Assembly (NCBI GenBank): GCA_046757025.1
Contig: JBHHXN010000159.1
Location: 1-11,960, forward strand
Origin: a bacterium
Lineage (GTDB): Bacteria; Zhuqueibacterota; Zhuqueibacteria; Oceanimicrobiales; Oceanimicrobiaceae
DNA length: 11,960 bases
Direction: 5' to 3'
Shown here: one piece after another, positions 1-6,884 of the stretch
Position numbering within the stretch: the stretch's first letter is position 1
Layout of the letters: every line of letters begins with the position of its first letter
Translations under genes and position numbers: made by a program
The notes under the pieces: generated by a model
Seen by the model: only the letters and a program-made list of their open reading frames with translations
Told to the model about the DNA's origin: nothing
Databases searched by the model: none

Positions 1-11
1 TGTCAAAGGAG

Positions 12-31
12 ATTCCTGCATCCGCAGGAAT
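12..31. repeat. dRS3/REP-like 20-bp palindrome (ATTCCTGC-ATCC-GCAGGAAT)
   Basis: Perfect 8-bp arms at 12-19 and 24-31 with a 4-nt loop, followed by GACA. Same length and layout as the Neisseria dRS3 consensus ATTCCC-N8-GGGAAT. It lies ~40 nt past the serpin stop codon. Confidence 0.6.
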
Positions 32-68
32 GACAACTCTTTGCTGAATAGTTACAAGAAAAATTAAT

Positions 69-1295
69 TTATTCTTTAAATTCCGGAGAAACGATTTTAC
101 CCATAAACAAAATCGTCTGCGTGTGGTTTTCGCGAATCACAAACAAATACGGTCGATCCACCCTCATGAATTTGATGTGTTGATCTCCGCCAGCGCTCTC
201 TTTAATTGCCACTATGGTAACCGCCGCCGCTTCGGTGCCTTCTTCGTTGACTTCCACAAAGGTCTTGTGTTTCACGTAGCTGATGAACAAGCCGCCTGGT
301 TTGTACATGCGGGTAAAATCTGCTCCGGGTGCAAAAGCCACGCCCATGCCCAGATTGATGAGCGCCTTATTTAAAGAATCCTCGTATTCGAGCTTAAACT
401 TGGGCATCTCCAGAGTCACCGAATCTTTTTCGAAACTCTGCAGCCACTGGCTCCATTGTGCTGGCTGCAACCCATCGATAATGGCGTCCAGGTTCTGGCC
501 GGGTTTGGGTAAAAAAATCGTCATGCTGAAAGCGCCGTCACCGTACGGCAAATCCACCGCCTGAAACGTCTCGTTCTCCAGGTAATCGAACTCGCCGGTC
601 TGCACCATCATCTGGCAGGTTTTTTGCGATCCGTCCGGCAGATTGAAAAATTCCTCCCGGGTCAATTCCTTGTCGAATTCATATGTCCAGGTGCCTTTAA
701 AGTAGATGGCGTTGATCAAAAACATCACATCGGCAGGACTGATGCTGTCGAGTATCTCCTCGATTTTGCCGCGGGTGTTTTCCTTCACCCAATCGTTGAT
801 GATGTTGACGGAACTGGGATCGCTGAAATCAAGGGCTTGCACCAGGGCATTAAAAAAGATTTTATTCACATCGATGAAATCCTGCTCAAATCCGAATCCC
901 TGGCGGTACCAGATGGAATTGGCGATTTGAAAAGCCACTCTGGGATCGAGCTGCACCAGCAACTGCATGAGGCTCTGGTAGGAGCGGTTGATATCGTCCG
1001 AACTCAGGCCGGCAAATTCCAGCGTCTGCTCCATGGCGGATTTGGTTTCGCCGGCGGCGCCGTTCAGAGTCATGCCCAGGACCATGGAAACGCTCAGCGG
1101 CGAAATGAAGACATTCTCATTTTCATTCTGTTCCACCAATTCCTTAAAAAGCTTAAAGCCAAATTTATTGTCCGCATCGACGATTTGCTTTTCAAGCCTG
1201 GTCAATTCACGCACGTCCGAAGCAACGGGATTTTTACCGCATTGGGCAAATACCGCGCACAGTACCATCACGGTGATCAATTTCATCCATTTCAT
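69..1295 (-). CDS. Serpin family protein (MEROPS I4), predicted lipoprotein; serpin B, 408 aa
   Basis: Serpin motifs NVFISPLSVS, FLINAIYFKGTW, MPKFKLE, hinge EVNEEGTEAAAVT and C-terminal VDRPYLFVIRE...ILFMGKI. N-terminus MKWMKLITVMVLCAVFAQ-C. SD GAGGAG at 1306-1311. Confidence 0.97.
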   Translation of the reverse strand: MKWMKLITVMVLCAVFAQCGKNPVASDVRELTRLEKQIVDADNKFGFKLFKELVEQNENENVFISPLSVSMVLGMTLNGAAGETKSAMEQTLEFAGLSSDDINRSYQSLMQLLVQLDPRVAFQIANSIWYRQGFGFEQDFIDVNKIFFNALVQALDFSDPSSVNIINDWVKENTRGKIEEILDSISPADVMFLINAIYFKGTWTYEFDKELTREEFFNLPDGSQKTCQMMVQTGEFDYLENETFQAVDLPYGDGAFSMTIFLPKPGQNLDAIIDGLQPAQWSQWLQSFEKDSVTLEMPKFKLEYEDSLNKALINLGMGVAFAPGADFTRMYKPGGLFISYVKHKTFVEVNEEGTEAAAVTIVAIKESAGGDQHIKFMRVDRPYLFVIRENHTQTILFMGKIVSPEFKE

Positions 1296-1330
1296 GATAT
1301 ATTTTCTCCTCTAAATTATTGCATTAATTG

Positions 1331-1367
1331 ATTATAGTGGAAGCACATTTTAAATAAACAGTGCTTC
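1331..1367 (-). promoter_or_regulatory. Putative sigma70-type promoter for serpin B with overlapping operator-like inverted repeat
   Basis: Perfect TATAAT on the minus strand at 1336-1331, 35 nt upstream of the ATG. The -35 is weak (TTTATT or GTTTAT). GAAGCAC-N14-GTGCTTC at 1340-1367 straddles the -35 position. Confidence 0.5.
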
Positions 1368-1377
1368 ATACGTCCCC

Positions 1378-1430
1378 AAAAAAAGCTCCCTACATCCTGC
1401 CCCGCAAGGCGGGGAAGGACAGACACGTAG
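1378..1430 (-). terminator. GC-rich hairpin followed by U7; putative (possibly leaky) intrinsic terminator after serpin A
   Basis: Minus strand reads CTACG..TCCT-T-CCCCGC-CTT-GCGGGG-C-AGGA-TGTAG, then GGAGC and TTTTTTT (A7 on + at 1378-1384). The U-tract is offset 5 nt from the stem, which is non-ideal. Confidence 0.45.
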
Positions 1431-1467
1431 TTTTGTGTATGTTCACACAGCATCCTTCGGGCGTCTG

Positions 1468-2700
1468 TTATTGCCATTTCGGTTCCACAATTTTGCCCAT
1501 GAACAGCAAGGTTTGGGCGTTGTTGGCCGCGATGACAAATAGAAACGGCCGGTCAACTCGCATGATCACGCCCGCCGGCGGCCCGATGGAAGTCACGCCG
1601 ATTTCAACCGAGGTGGCGGCAGCGGCTTCCGTGCCTTCTTCGTTCACTTCCACAAAAGTTTTGTGCTTGACTTTGCTGATAAAAAGATTTCCAGGCCCTT
1701 CATACATGCGGCCAAAGTCCGCCTGATACGGCTCAAACGCCACGCCCATGCCCATGGCTGTGAGCACTTTTTTCAAAGCAATTTCATATTCGAGTTTAAA
1801 TTTTGGCAGTTTAAGCGCCACTTCCGTAGTGGCAAAATGGTTTAGCCATTGGCGCCAATTTTCCGGGTTTAATTCGCCGATCAAAAAATCCAAATCGACT
1901 TGCGGTTTGGGCAGCAAAATCGTCATACTGAATTTCTCCTGCCCGTAAGTCAGATTCACTGCCTGAAACAGATCGTTTTCAAAATAAGCCAAATCCGTTG
2001 TCAACTGCATCATCTTGCAAGTTTTGGAAGAACCATCGGAAAGTGTGAACTGATCCTCGATGGTTCTATCTTTATCAAATTCAATAGTCCAGTCGCCTTT
2101 AAAATAGATGGCGTTGATCAAAAACATCACGATCTCCGGATCGATCCTTTCTACGATCTTTTTGATCTTGCCGTTGGTGTTGTCGCTCACCCAGGCGTTG
2201 ATGGTGTGGACGGATTGCGGATCGTTGAAATTTAACGCAGCCACCACCGCACGGAAATAGTCCTGGTTGACAGCGAGAAATTCCTGCTTGAAGGTAAACT
2301 CCTGGCGGTACCATATAGAATTGGCGATGGTGAAATCAACCTTTGAGTCCAGTCGCGTCAACAGATCGATGAGGCTGAGGTAGGCCTGGTTGATTTCTTC
2401 GGTGGTCATGCCGGCAAATTCCAGCGTCTGCTCCATAGCCGACTTGGTCTCGCCATCGGCACCGTTGAGCGTCATCCCCAGAGCCATGGAAACGCTCAGG
2501 GGCGAAATAAACAGATTTTTGTTTTCTTCGGTTTCGTTGATGGCTTCGAACAGTTTAAAACCAAAGCCGTTATCGGCTTCCACCAGATCTTTCTCCAACG
2601 CTGTCAATTCGCGATCCACCGACGACACGGGATTGTTGGAACAATGTGCAAAAATGAGGCTCAACGCCACCACGCAAATACTCAACTGTTTGATAATCAT
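1468..2700 (-). CDS. Serpin family protein (MEROPS I4), predicted lipoprotein; serpin A, 410 aa
   Basis: Motifs NLFISPLSVS, FLINAIYFKGDW, LPKFKLE, hinge EVNEEGTEAAAATS and VDRPFLFVI. Start moved from 2727 to the ATG at 2700 because SD AAGGAG (2707-2712) precedes it. Signal MIIKQLSICVVALSLIFAH-C. Confidence 0.97.
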   Translation of the reverse strand: MIIKQLSICVVALSLIFAHCSNNPVSSVDRELTALEKDLVEADNGFGFKLFEAINETEENKNLFISPLSVSMALGMTLNGADGETKSAMEQTLEFAGMTTEEINQAYLSLIDLLTRLDSKVDFTIANSIWYRQEFTFKQEFLAVNQDYFRAVVAALNFNDPQSVHTINAWVSDNTNGKIKKIVERIDPEIVMFLINAIYFKGDWTIEFDKDRTIEDQFTLSDGSSKTCKMMQLTTDLAYFENDLFQAVNLTYGQEKFSMTILLPKPQVDLDFLIGELNPENWRQWLNHFATTEVALKLPKFKLEYEIALKKVLTAMGMGVAFEPYQADFGRMYEGPGNLFISKVKHKTFVEVNEEGTEAAAATSVEIGVTSIGPPAGVIMRVDRPFLFVIAANNAQTLLFMGKIVEPKWQ

Positions 2701-2733
2701 CGTAAACTCCTTTTTGTTTAAAACCAACTATAA

Positions 2734-3282
2734 TTATTTTATGATTTGTCTATTCAATTTGATGATTTGAATTTGGTCCACCAGCATGGCGCTGGCCACT
2801 ATGCCGCCGGCCATGAGCCTGATTTTCAAACGCCGGTTTGGCGGACAAAACAGGCTCTGCGAGGATTCATACCGGCGCCATTGCGGCTGAGTGACCTGCA
2901 TCCCGATTGACTGGAAATCTTCCAGGCCGTCGATGGTGAGAGAAACTCCGCCGCCAATAGCCAGGTCTTTGCCCCAGAATTGCAAAACGTAGTAGCCGGC
3001 ATCGGGCTGCGCCGGAAGAACAAATTCAGCATGCGGAACCACACAGCCGCCGGAAACCCGCAGAGATTGTTTGCCGCCGCTTTGCGGTGCATCGTTTGCA
3101 ATATTCATGGAGCCGTGCCCGCGCCAGCCAACGGTGTCTGCCGGTGATTCAAAGGAATTGAAATAAATGCTGCCCTGGTCGGGCGCCATGATATTTTGAC
3201 CATCCGCACAACTTAAAAAGAACAGCCATCCGACCCCCAGAACACGCAGAAAAAAAAGCCGACCAACAAGTTTTGGTTTCAT
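2734..3282 (-). CDS. Hypothetical lipoprotein, possible galactose-binding-like (CBM4/9-like) beta-sandwich
   Basis: Lipobox FLSC. Pattern FNSFE...W...GKQSLRV...YYVLQFWGK...WRRY...LVDQIQI resembles CBM-like jelly rolls (inference). SD GGGAGG lies in the last codons of the upstream gene, with a 3-nt gap between genes. Confidence 0.8.
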   Translation of the reverse strand: MKPKLVGRLFFLRVLGVGWLFFLSCADGQNIMAPDQGSIYFNSFESPADTVGWRGHGSMNIANDAPQSGGKQSLRVSGGCVVPHAEFVLPAQPDAGYYVLQFWGKDLAIGGGVSLTIDGLEDFQSIGMQVTQPQWRRYESSQSLFCPPNRRLKIRLMAGGIVASAMLVDQIQIIKLNRQIIK

Positions 3283-3285
3283 TTT

Positions 3286-3933
3286 TCAATCCTCCCGTTT
3301 GACGGAAATGCTCAACGCCCGGTTTTGAAAATCGAATACGTTCAATTCGTAAGTAAATTGGCCTTTTCCCAGCGGCGTCTCGCCCACAAAATCGATGGGC
3401 TGAATGATGAATTCGTTCCCATCGATGAACAAGCGCACATAGGCGTAACGGTAGGCGATCTCAAATGGCTGGTACGCGGTTATTTCACTGTGTTTGATAT
3501 CTCCATAAAGAGTAAGTTGATTATAAGGATCGATCTGCACGCTGGTGAAATCATATTGACTGGCATTGTGAATCCGCAGGTTGGTTTCGAATATTTCGAT
3601 GGTCGTCAATTCAATGGGGATGAGTTCTTCCGACCAGGGCGGATCCTGTGGCAAGGGCTGGCGATGGCCGCTGAACAGCACCCGCAACCCGTGCTGCTGA
3701 TAAACCTGCGGTAAATTCGACGGCAGATACCGCACGCTGGAATCACTTTCCGGTTGGATGACAAACACCGCGGCATCCGAACTTAATTTAGCGATCGTTC
3801 CTATTTCCTGGTTGATGTCGTCGCGGTCTTCGGGAAATAGCGCACAACCGCAAAGCAAAGCCACTAAAACCAGCACCACACCGAACGACCGTTGACACCT
3901 TTTCTCAAACAAATTTAAAGAGACCTTTTTCAT
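3286..3933 (-). CDS. Hypothetical two-domain lipoprotein (OB-fold-like N-domain plus AYRYAY/QPIDFVGE beta-domain)
   Basis: Lipobox LCGC at residue 30. N-domain motif RYLPSNLP...GLRVLFSG. C-domain LRIHNAS.YDF...AYRYAYVRL.IDG...QPIDFVGETPL. Tightly packed with co-oriented neighbours. Confidence 0.8.
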   Translation of the reverse strand: MKKVSLNLFEKRCQRSFGVVLVLVALLCGCALFPEDRDDINQEIGTIAKLSSDAAVFVIQPESDSSVRYLPSNLPQVYQQHGLRVLFSGHRQPLPQDPPWSEELIPIELTTIEIFETNLRIHNASQYDFTSVQIDPYNQLTLYGDIKHSEITAYQPFEIAYRYAYVRLFIDGNEFIIQPIDFVGETPLGKGQFTYELNVFDFQNRALSISVKRED

Positions 3934-3956
3934 GGCTTTTCCCGTTCAGGTTTATT

Positions 3957-4373
3957 TCACAAATACAAAAACACGGTATCCTGCACCACCGCGTTCAATT
4001 TATCCCCACGGATGTTCAAACCGATAAAATATTTCCGGGCGTTCCCCAAATTCACATCGACGCTGAGGTTGGCGGTGTTTTGCTCATCGCCGTTTTCCCG
4101 TCTGAAAATACGCAAACGGTTCTGTCCGCGCGGCAGGTAAGTGACCATCATGGCTTCCGGACCTGTGAATGACGACACATTAGAAAAGAACGCGCTAAAA
4201 ATGTCTTTTTCGTTGATATCCAAATCAATAAATTGCCCCGCAAACCCGCCCTGAAAATCGAACTGCACGGCCACCAGATTGTCATTCGATGCGGGATCCT
4301 GAGAAAGCGGATTGGAATCGCTGTCGCAGCCTATCAGCGCAAATATCAAAAGGAATAATAGAAAGTGCTTCAT
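3957..4373 (-). CDS. Hypothetical lipoprotein, 138 aa, beta-rich
   Basis: Start moved from 4406 to the ATG at 4373 (SD AGGAG at 4379-4383). Signal MKHFLLFLLIFALIG-C followed by a D/S/N/P linker. Confidence 0.82.
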   Translation of the reverse strand: MKHFLLFLLIFALIGCDSDSNPLSQDPASNDNLVAVQFDFQGGFAGQFIDLDINEKDIFSAFFSNVSSFTGPEAMMVTYLPRGQNRLRIFRRENGDEQNTANLSVDVNLGNARKYFIGLNIRGDKLNAVVQDTVFLYL

Positions 4374-4409
4374 TTTTTCTCCTGTTTTAAACGAAACGAA
4401 ATTCATAAA

Positions 4410-4715
4410 TTAATCTCTGAGTGCACGGCCCACTACCTGCTTACTTGCCACATTGATGAACACGGTAATCGGACCCAGCAGCTCCTGGTCTGTGGTGTGA
4501 AAAATCACTGCTGCTACCTCGATACCCTGCCAGACCACAAATTGCACCTCGGCCTTTCGCCAATCGCCGATGACGGTGGCTTTTTCGATTTCGGTCAAAT
4601 CTCTCCAGGCAATTTCGCGGTAGGTCATTTTTTCATCGGAAACAGAATTGTCGTTATGGCAGCCAACCGCGATAAGCAGCACCAAGATTATTATGAAATT
4701 CGTCATATTATTCAT
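4410..4715 (-). CDS. Small hypothetical lipoprotein, 101 aa (PepSY-like topology suspected)
   Basis: Signal MNNMTNFIIILVLLIAVG-C. Mature part REIAW.DL...V.F.T...LLGPI.VFIN..SKQVVG...RD reads as a helix followed by a strand meander. Confidence 0.8.
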   Translation of the reverse strand: MNNMTNFIIILVLLIAVGCHNDNSVSDEKMTYREIAWRDLTEIEKATVIGDWRKAEVQFVVWQGIEVAAVIFHTTDQELLGPITVFINVASKQVVGRALRD

Positions 4716-5037
4716 AAGACCATCTCAAAATTCAGAAAATTACTGAACAGTGGTAAAAACCGAATGTTCCAATTTAAATTTTATCTTAGAATGACATCAA
4801 ATCCAAACTACCATTGTTTTTCAAAATTCTCATAAATTAACTCTCTTCAATACTTTGGCAATTTTTTCTATTTCACATTCTTAGTAAGCACCGGATGATT
4901 GATGCGTTAAATCAATGTATTTGGCCTGCTGTTAAAAAACACTTTTCAATAAACACAAATCTAAATATCAAACACATGTCCCTTTAATCCGAAGTAATTA
5001 CTTTTATGCTATGATTCTTGGTTTATAGTTCTTTGTT

Positions 5038-6087
5038 CTAATAACTTAATCTGGCAGTAAATGCAACCCCATTGCCAACAGCAAAGACGACACCGGATTC
5101 ATAGTACTGTACACGTCCGTATGGATGCTCGGAACCACCTATTGTGTGCTCGTCCCAAGTGTTCCCACCATCTTTCGTAACGAGCGCCTTCCCATCACTT
5201 GTTACAGCAACAATATGGCCTGTATCAATTGCGTCTATGTCATAAATCGCAGCGGAACGCGAGCCAGTGTCCAAATTGCGCCAGGTTTCCCCGCCATCGG
5301 TCGTATGGTAAATTGCACCAAACAGGCCACCGAGCCATCCCGTGGATTCGTCAACGAAGTCTATACAATAATAGCGCTCCCCTTCTCCATCAGTGTTTCC
5401 AGGCAAAGGAACATCTTCCCAAGTTTCACCAGCGTTTCTTGTTTTAACCAGCAAAGCCTTACTTGGTGTGCTAAATCCAGCAGCGTAGATTGTCGTAGGT
5501 GTTGGAGCACTGATGCTAAGGTAAACCCCGCCTTTACGGAACGAATCGTCAAGTACTTTCCATGTTTTGAGGCCGTCTTCGGAGTTCAACACAACTGCAC
5601 CACCTATTTCTGAATCCTGGGCGCCAGCCCAGATAATGGATTGGTCGTCCACTTCTATATCTCTAACGATTGGGCTGCCAGCAAGCTTGGTAACTTCAAT
5701 CCAGGAAGCTCCACCATCATCCGTCCGGTAGACATTCCGGCGCATAGCAATGCCGGTGAGATTATCAAAGAAATGAACGGAATTCAAACCACCAATTGCG
5801 GCTGTAATAAGTACGCGCCGCCAGTTCTTACCACCATCTTTTGTATGGTAGACAACGCTGCTCCAGCCTGGACAGGGATCGTTTTTACGGCAGCGGGTTT
5901 TTCCAGCAACCCAACCTTCCATTTTGTTGATAAAATAGACATCCGTATAAAGATCAGTTTCATTTGGCGTAATATTATACCAGATGTCTGTTTTTCGCCC
6001 TGAGTCAAAGAGAAAATCGGAACAACCAATGACTATCATCAGAAGAATAACCATTAACATCTGCTTGAACATAGTTTTGCTTTTCAT
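5038..6087 (-). CDS. YCF48-like / BNR (Asp-box) repeat beta-propeller lipoprotein
   Basis: Lipobox VIGC. Six Asp-box-like repeats: TKDGGKNW, TDDGGASW, SEDGLKTW, TRNAGETW, TTDGGETW, TKDGGNTW, with F.D/N...GW blades. Confidence 0.9.
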   Translation of the reverse strand: MKSKTMFKQMLMVILLMIVIGCSDFLFDSGRKTDIWYNITPNETDLYTDVYFINKMEGWVAGKTRCRKNDPCPGWSSVVYHTKDGGKNWRRVLITAAIGGLNSVHFFDNLTGIAMRRNVYRTDDGGASWIEVTKLAGSPIVRDIEVDDQSIIWAGAQDSEIGGAVVLNSEDGLKTWKVLDDSFRKGGVYLSISAPTPTTIYAAGFSTPSKALLVKTRNAGETWEDVPLPGNTDGEGERYYCIDFVDESTGWLGGLFGAIYHTTDGGETWRNLDTGSRSAAIYDIDAIDTGHIVAVTSDGKALVTKDGGNTWDEHTIGGSEHPYGRVQYYESGVVFAVGNGVAFTARLSY

Positions 6088-6128
6088 GATTTTTTTTCAA
6101 TAGTACAATTATTTCCACGGTTCCATTT

Positions 6129-6728
6129 TCACGGATAACTCACGCCGTTCACAAAAGCGCTCTGCAATTGCACGTTTGGAATCCAGCCGGAATACATCTC
6201 CAAAAGTCCCACGCCCGGGGCGTACGTTTCCCAATTCTCATCGTCGATGGCTTGCGGGATGTCGAAAAAGATTTCCACACAATCCTTAAACTGCCCGGCT
6301 GGTACGGTTTTGGTGAATCCCTTCTGATTCATGATGCCATCGTATTCGCTGTAACTTTTCCAGCGGTGGCCCTTTGCCCGGCCAAAATCGATGTAAAGCG
6401 CATCCCGGCCTTGATAGTACGTATAAATCTTTGCAATCCCGGCCAGGCGATAAAACGCACTGTCCACAAAAACACTGGCGCCCTGATCAAACCGGCGCTC
6501 AAACACAAAATACTCGCGCTGACCGAGCTTCATTTTCCCGACGATTTCATACTCCCACTGGAAAGCGGGATTGCTTGTCATGGCATACTGCCACTGGTTG
6601 CCGATTTGCATGGGGAAATATCCCAGCCCGGCTTGCTCTGGTGGCAGGATGCTGTTGTCTTGATCACATCCCAATAGAAATGAAATAAGCGGAATGATCA
6701 AAATGAAATTAGTTCTTTTTCCATTCAA
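6129..6728 (-). CDS. Hypothetical lipoprotein, ~199 aa (YFP..GN.W.Y / TVPAG.F / YAPGVG family; DUF3108-like)
   Basis: The ORF track start at 6887 is probably over-extended. SD AAGGAGG at 6735-6741 precedes an in-frame TTG at 6728, giving MNGKRTNFILIIPLISFLLG-C. Motifs YFPMQIGNQWQY, TVPAGQFKDC, YAPGVGLL. Confidence 0.8.
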   Translation of the reverse strand: MNGKRTNFILIIPLISFLLGCDQDNSILPPEQAGLGYFPMQIGNQWQYAMTSNPAFQWEYEIVGKMKLGQREYFVFERRFDQGASVFVDSAFYRLAGIAKIYTYYQGRDALYIDFGRAKGHRWKSYSEYDGIMNQKGFTKTVPAGQFKDCVEIFFDIPQAIDDENWETYAPGVGLLEMYSGWIPNVQLQSAFVNGVSYP

Positions 6729-6769
6729 TTTTATCCTCCTTAACGATTCATTTGAGTTATTGAGATAAA

Positions 6770-6884
6770 GCTGGCAGCAAAAGCTAACCATTTCAAATCT
6801 CCATTCCATGAGCCGGTAGTTAGATGCCTTTTTCATGATGCAGCCAATCCGTTTGGCGGTTGAAATGGTTAACCTCGCGCCAGC
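6770..6884 (-). other. Long branched intergenic stem-loop (candidate structured RNA element)
   Basis: Perfect 12-bp inverted repeat (6785-6796 / 6860-6871), extended on the minus strand to ~25 bp by G-U pairs and GCTGGC/GCCAGC (6770-6775 / 6879-6884). Encloses two small hairpins. Confidence 0.55.

Noticed and set aside
123..2770. Multiple + strand ORFs (e.g. 624..1331, 1361..1726, 1900..2235, 2390..2770)
   Set aside because: Antisense shadows of the serpin genes. They resemble each other only because the serpins are paralogues, and they show no recognisable motifs.
4786..4833. Mini-ORF MRILKNNGSLDLMSF* (minus strand) as a decayed gene start
   Set aside because: Only 15 codons with a weak SD; expected by chance in AT-rich DNA.
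4898..4916. ATTGAT-N7-ATCAAT inverted repeat as a regulator site
   Set aside because: 6-bp AT-rich arms in an AT-rich spacer are likely by chance, and the spacing does not match FNR (TTGAT-N4-ATCAA).
6782..6874. Integron attC site (GGTTAAC...GTTAGCT ends on the minus strand)
   Set aside because: The arms next to the putative R boxes pair perfectly, with no unpaired central spacer or clear L boxes. No similar site follows the other genes, several of which are only 3 nt apart, and there is no integrase in the window.
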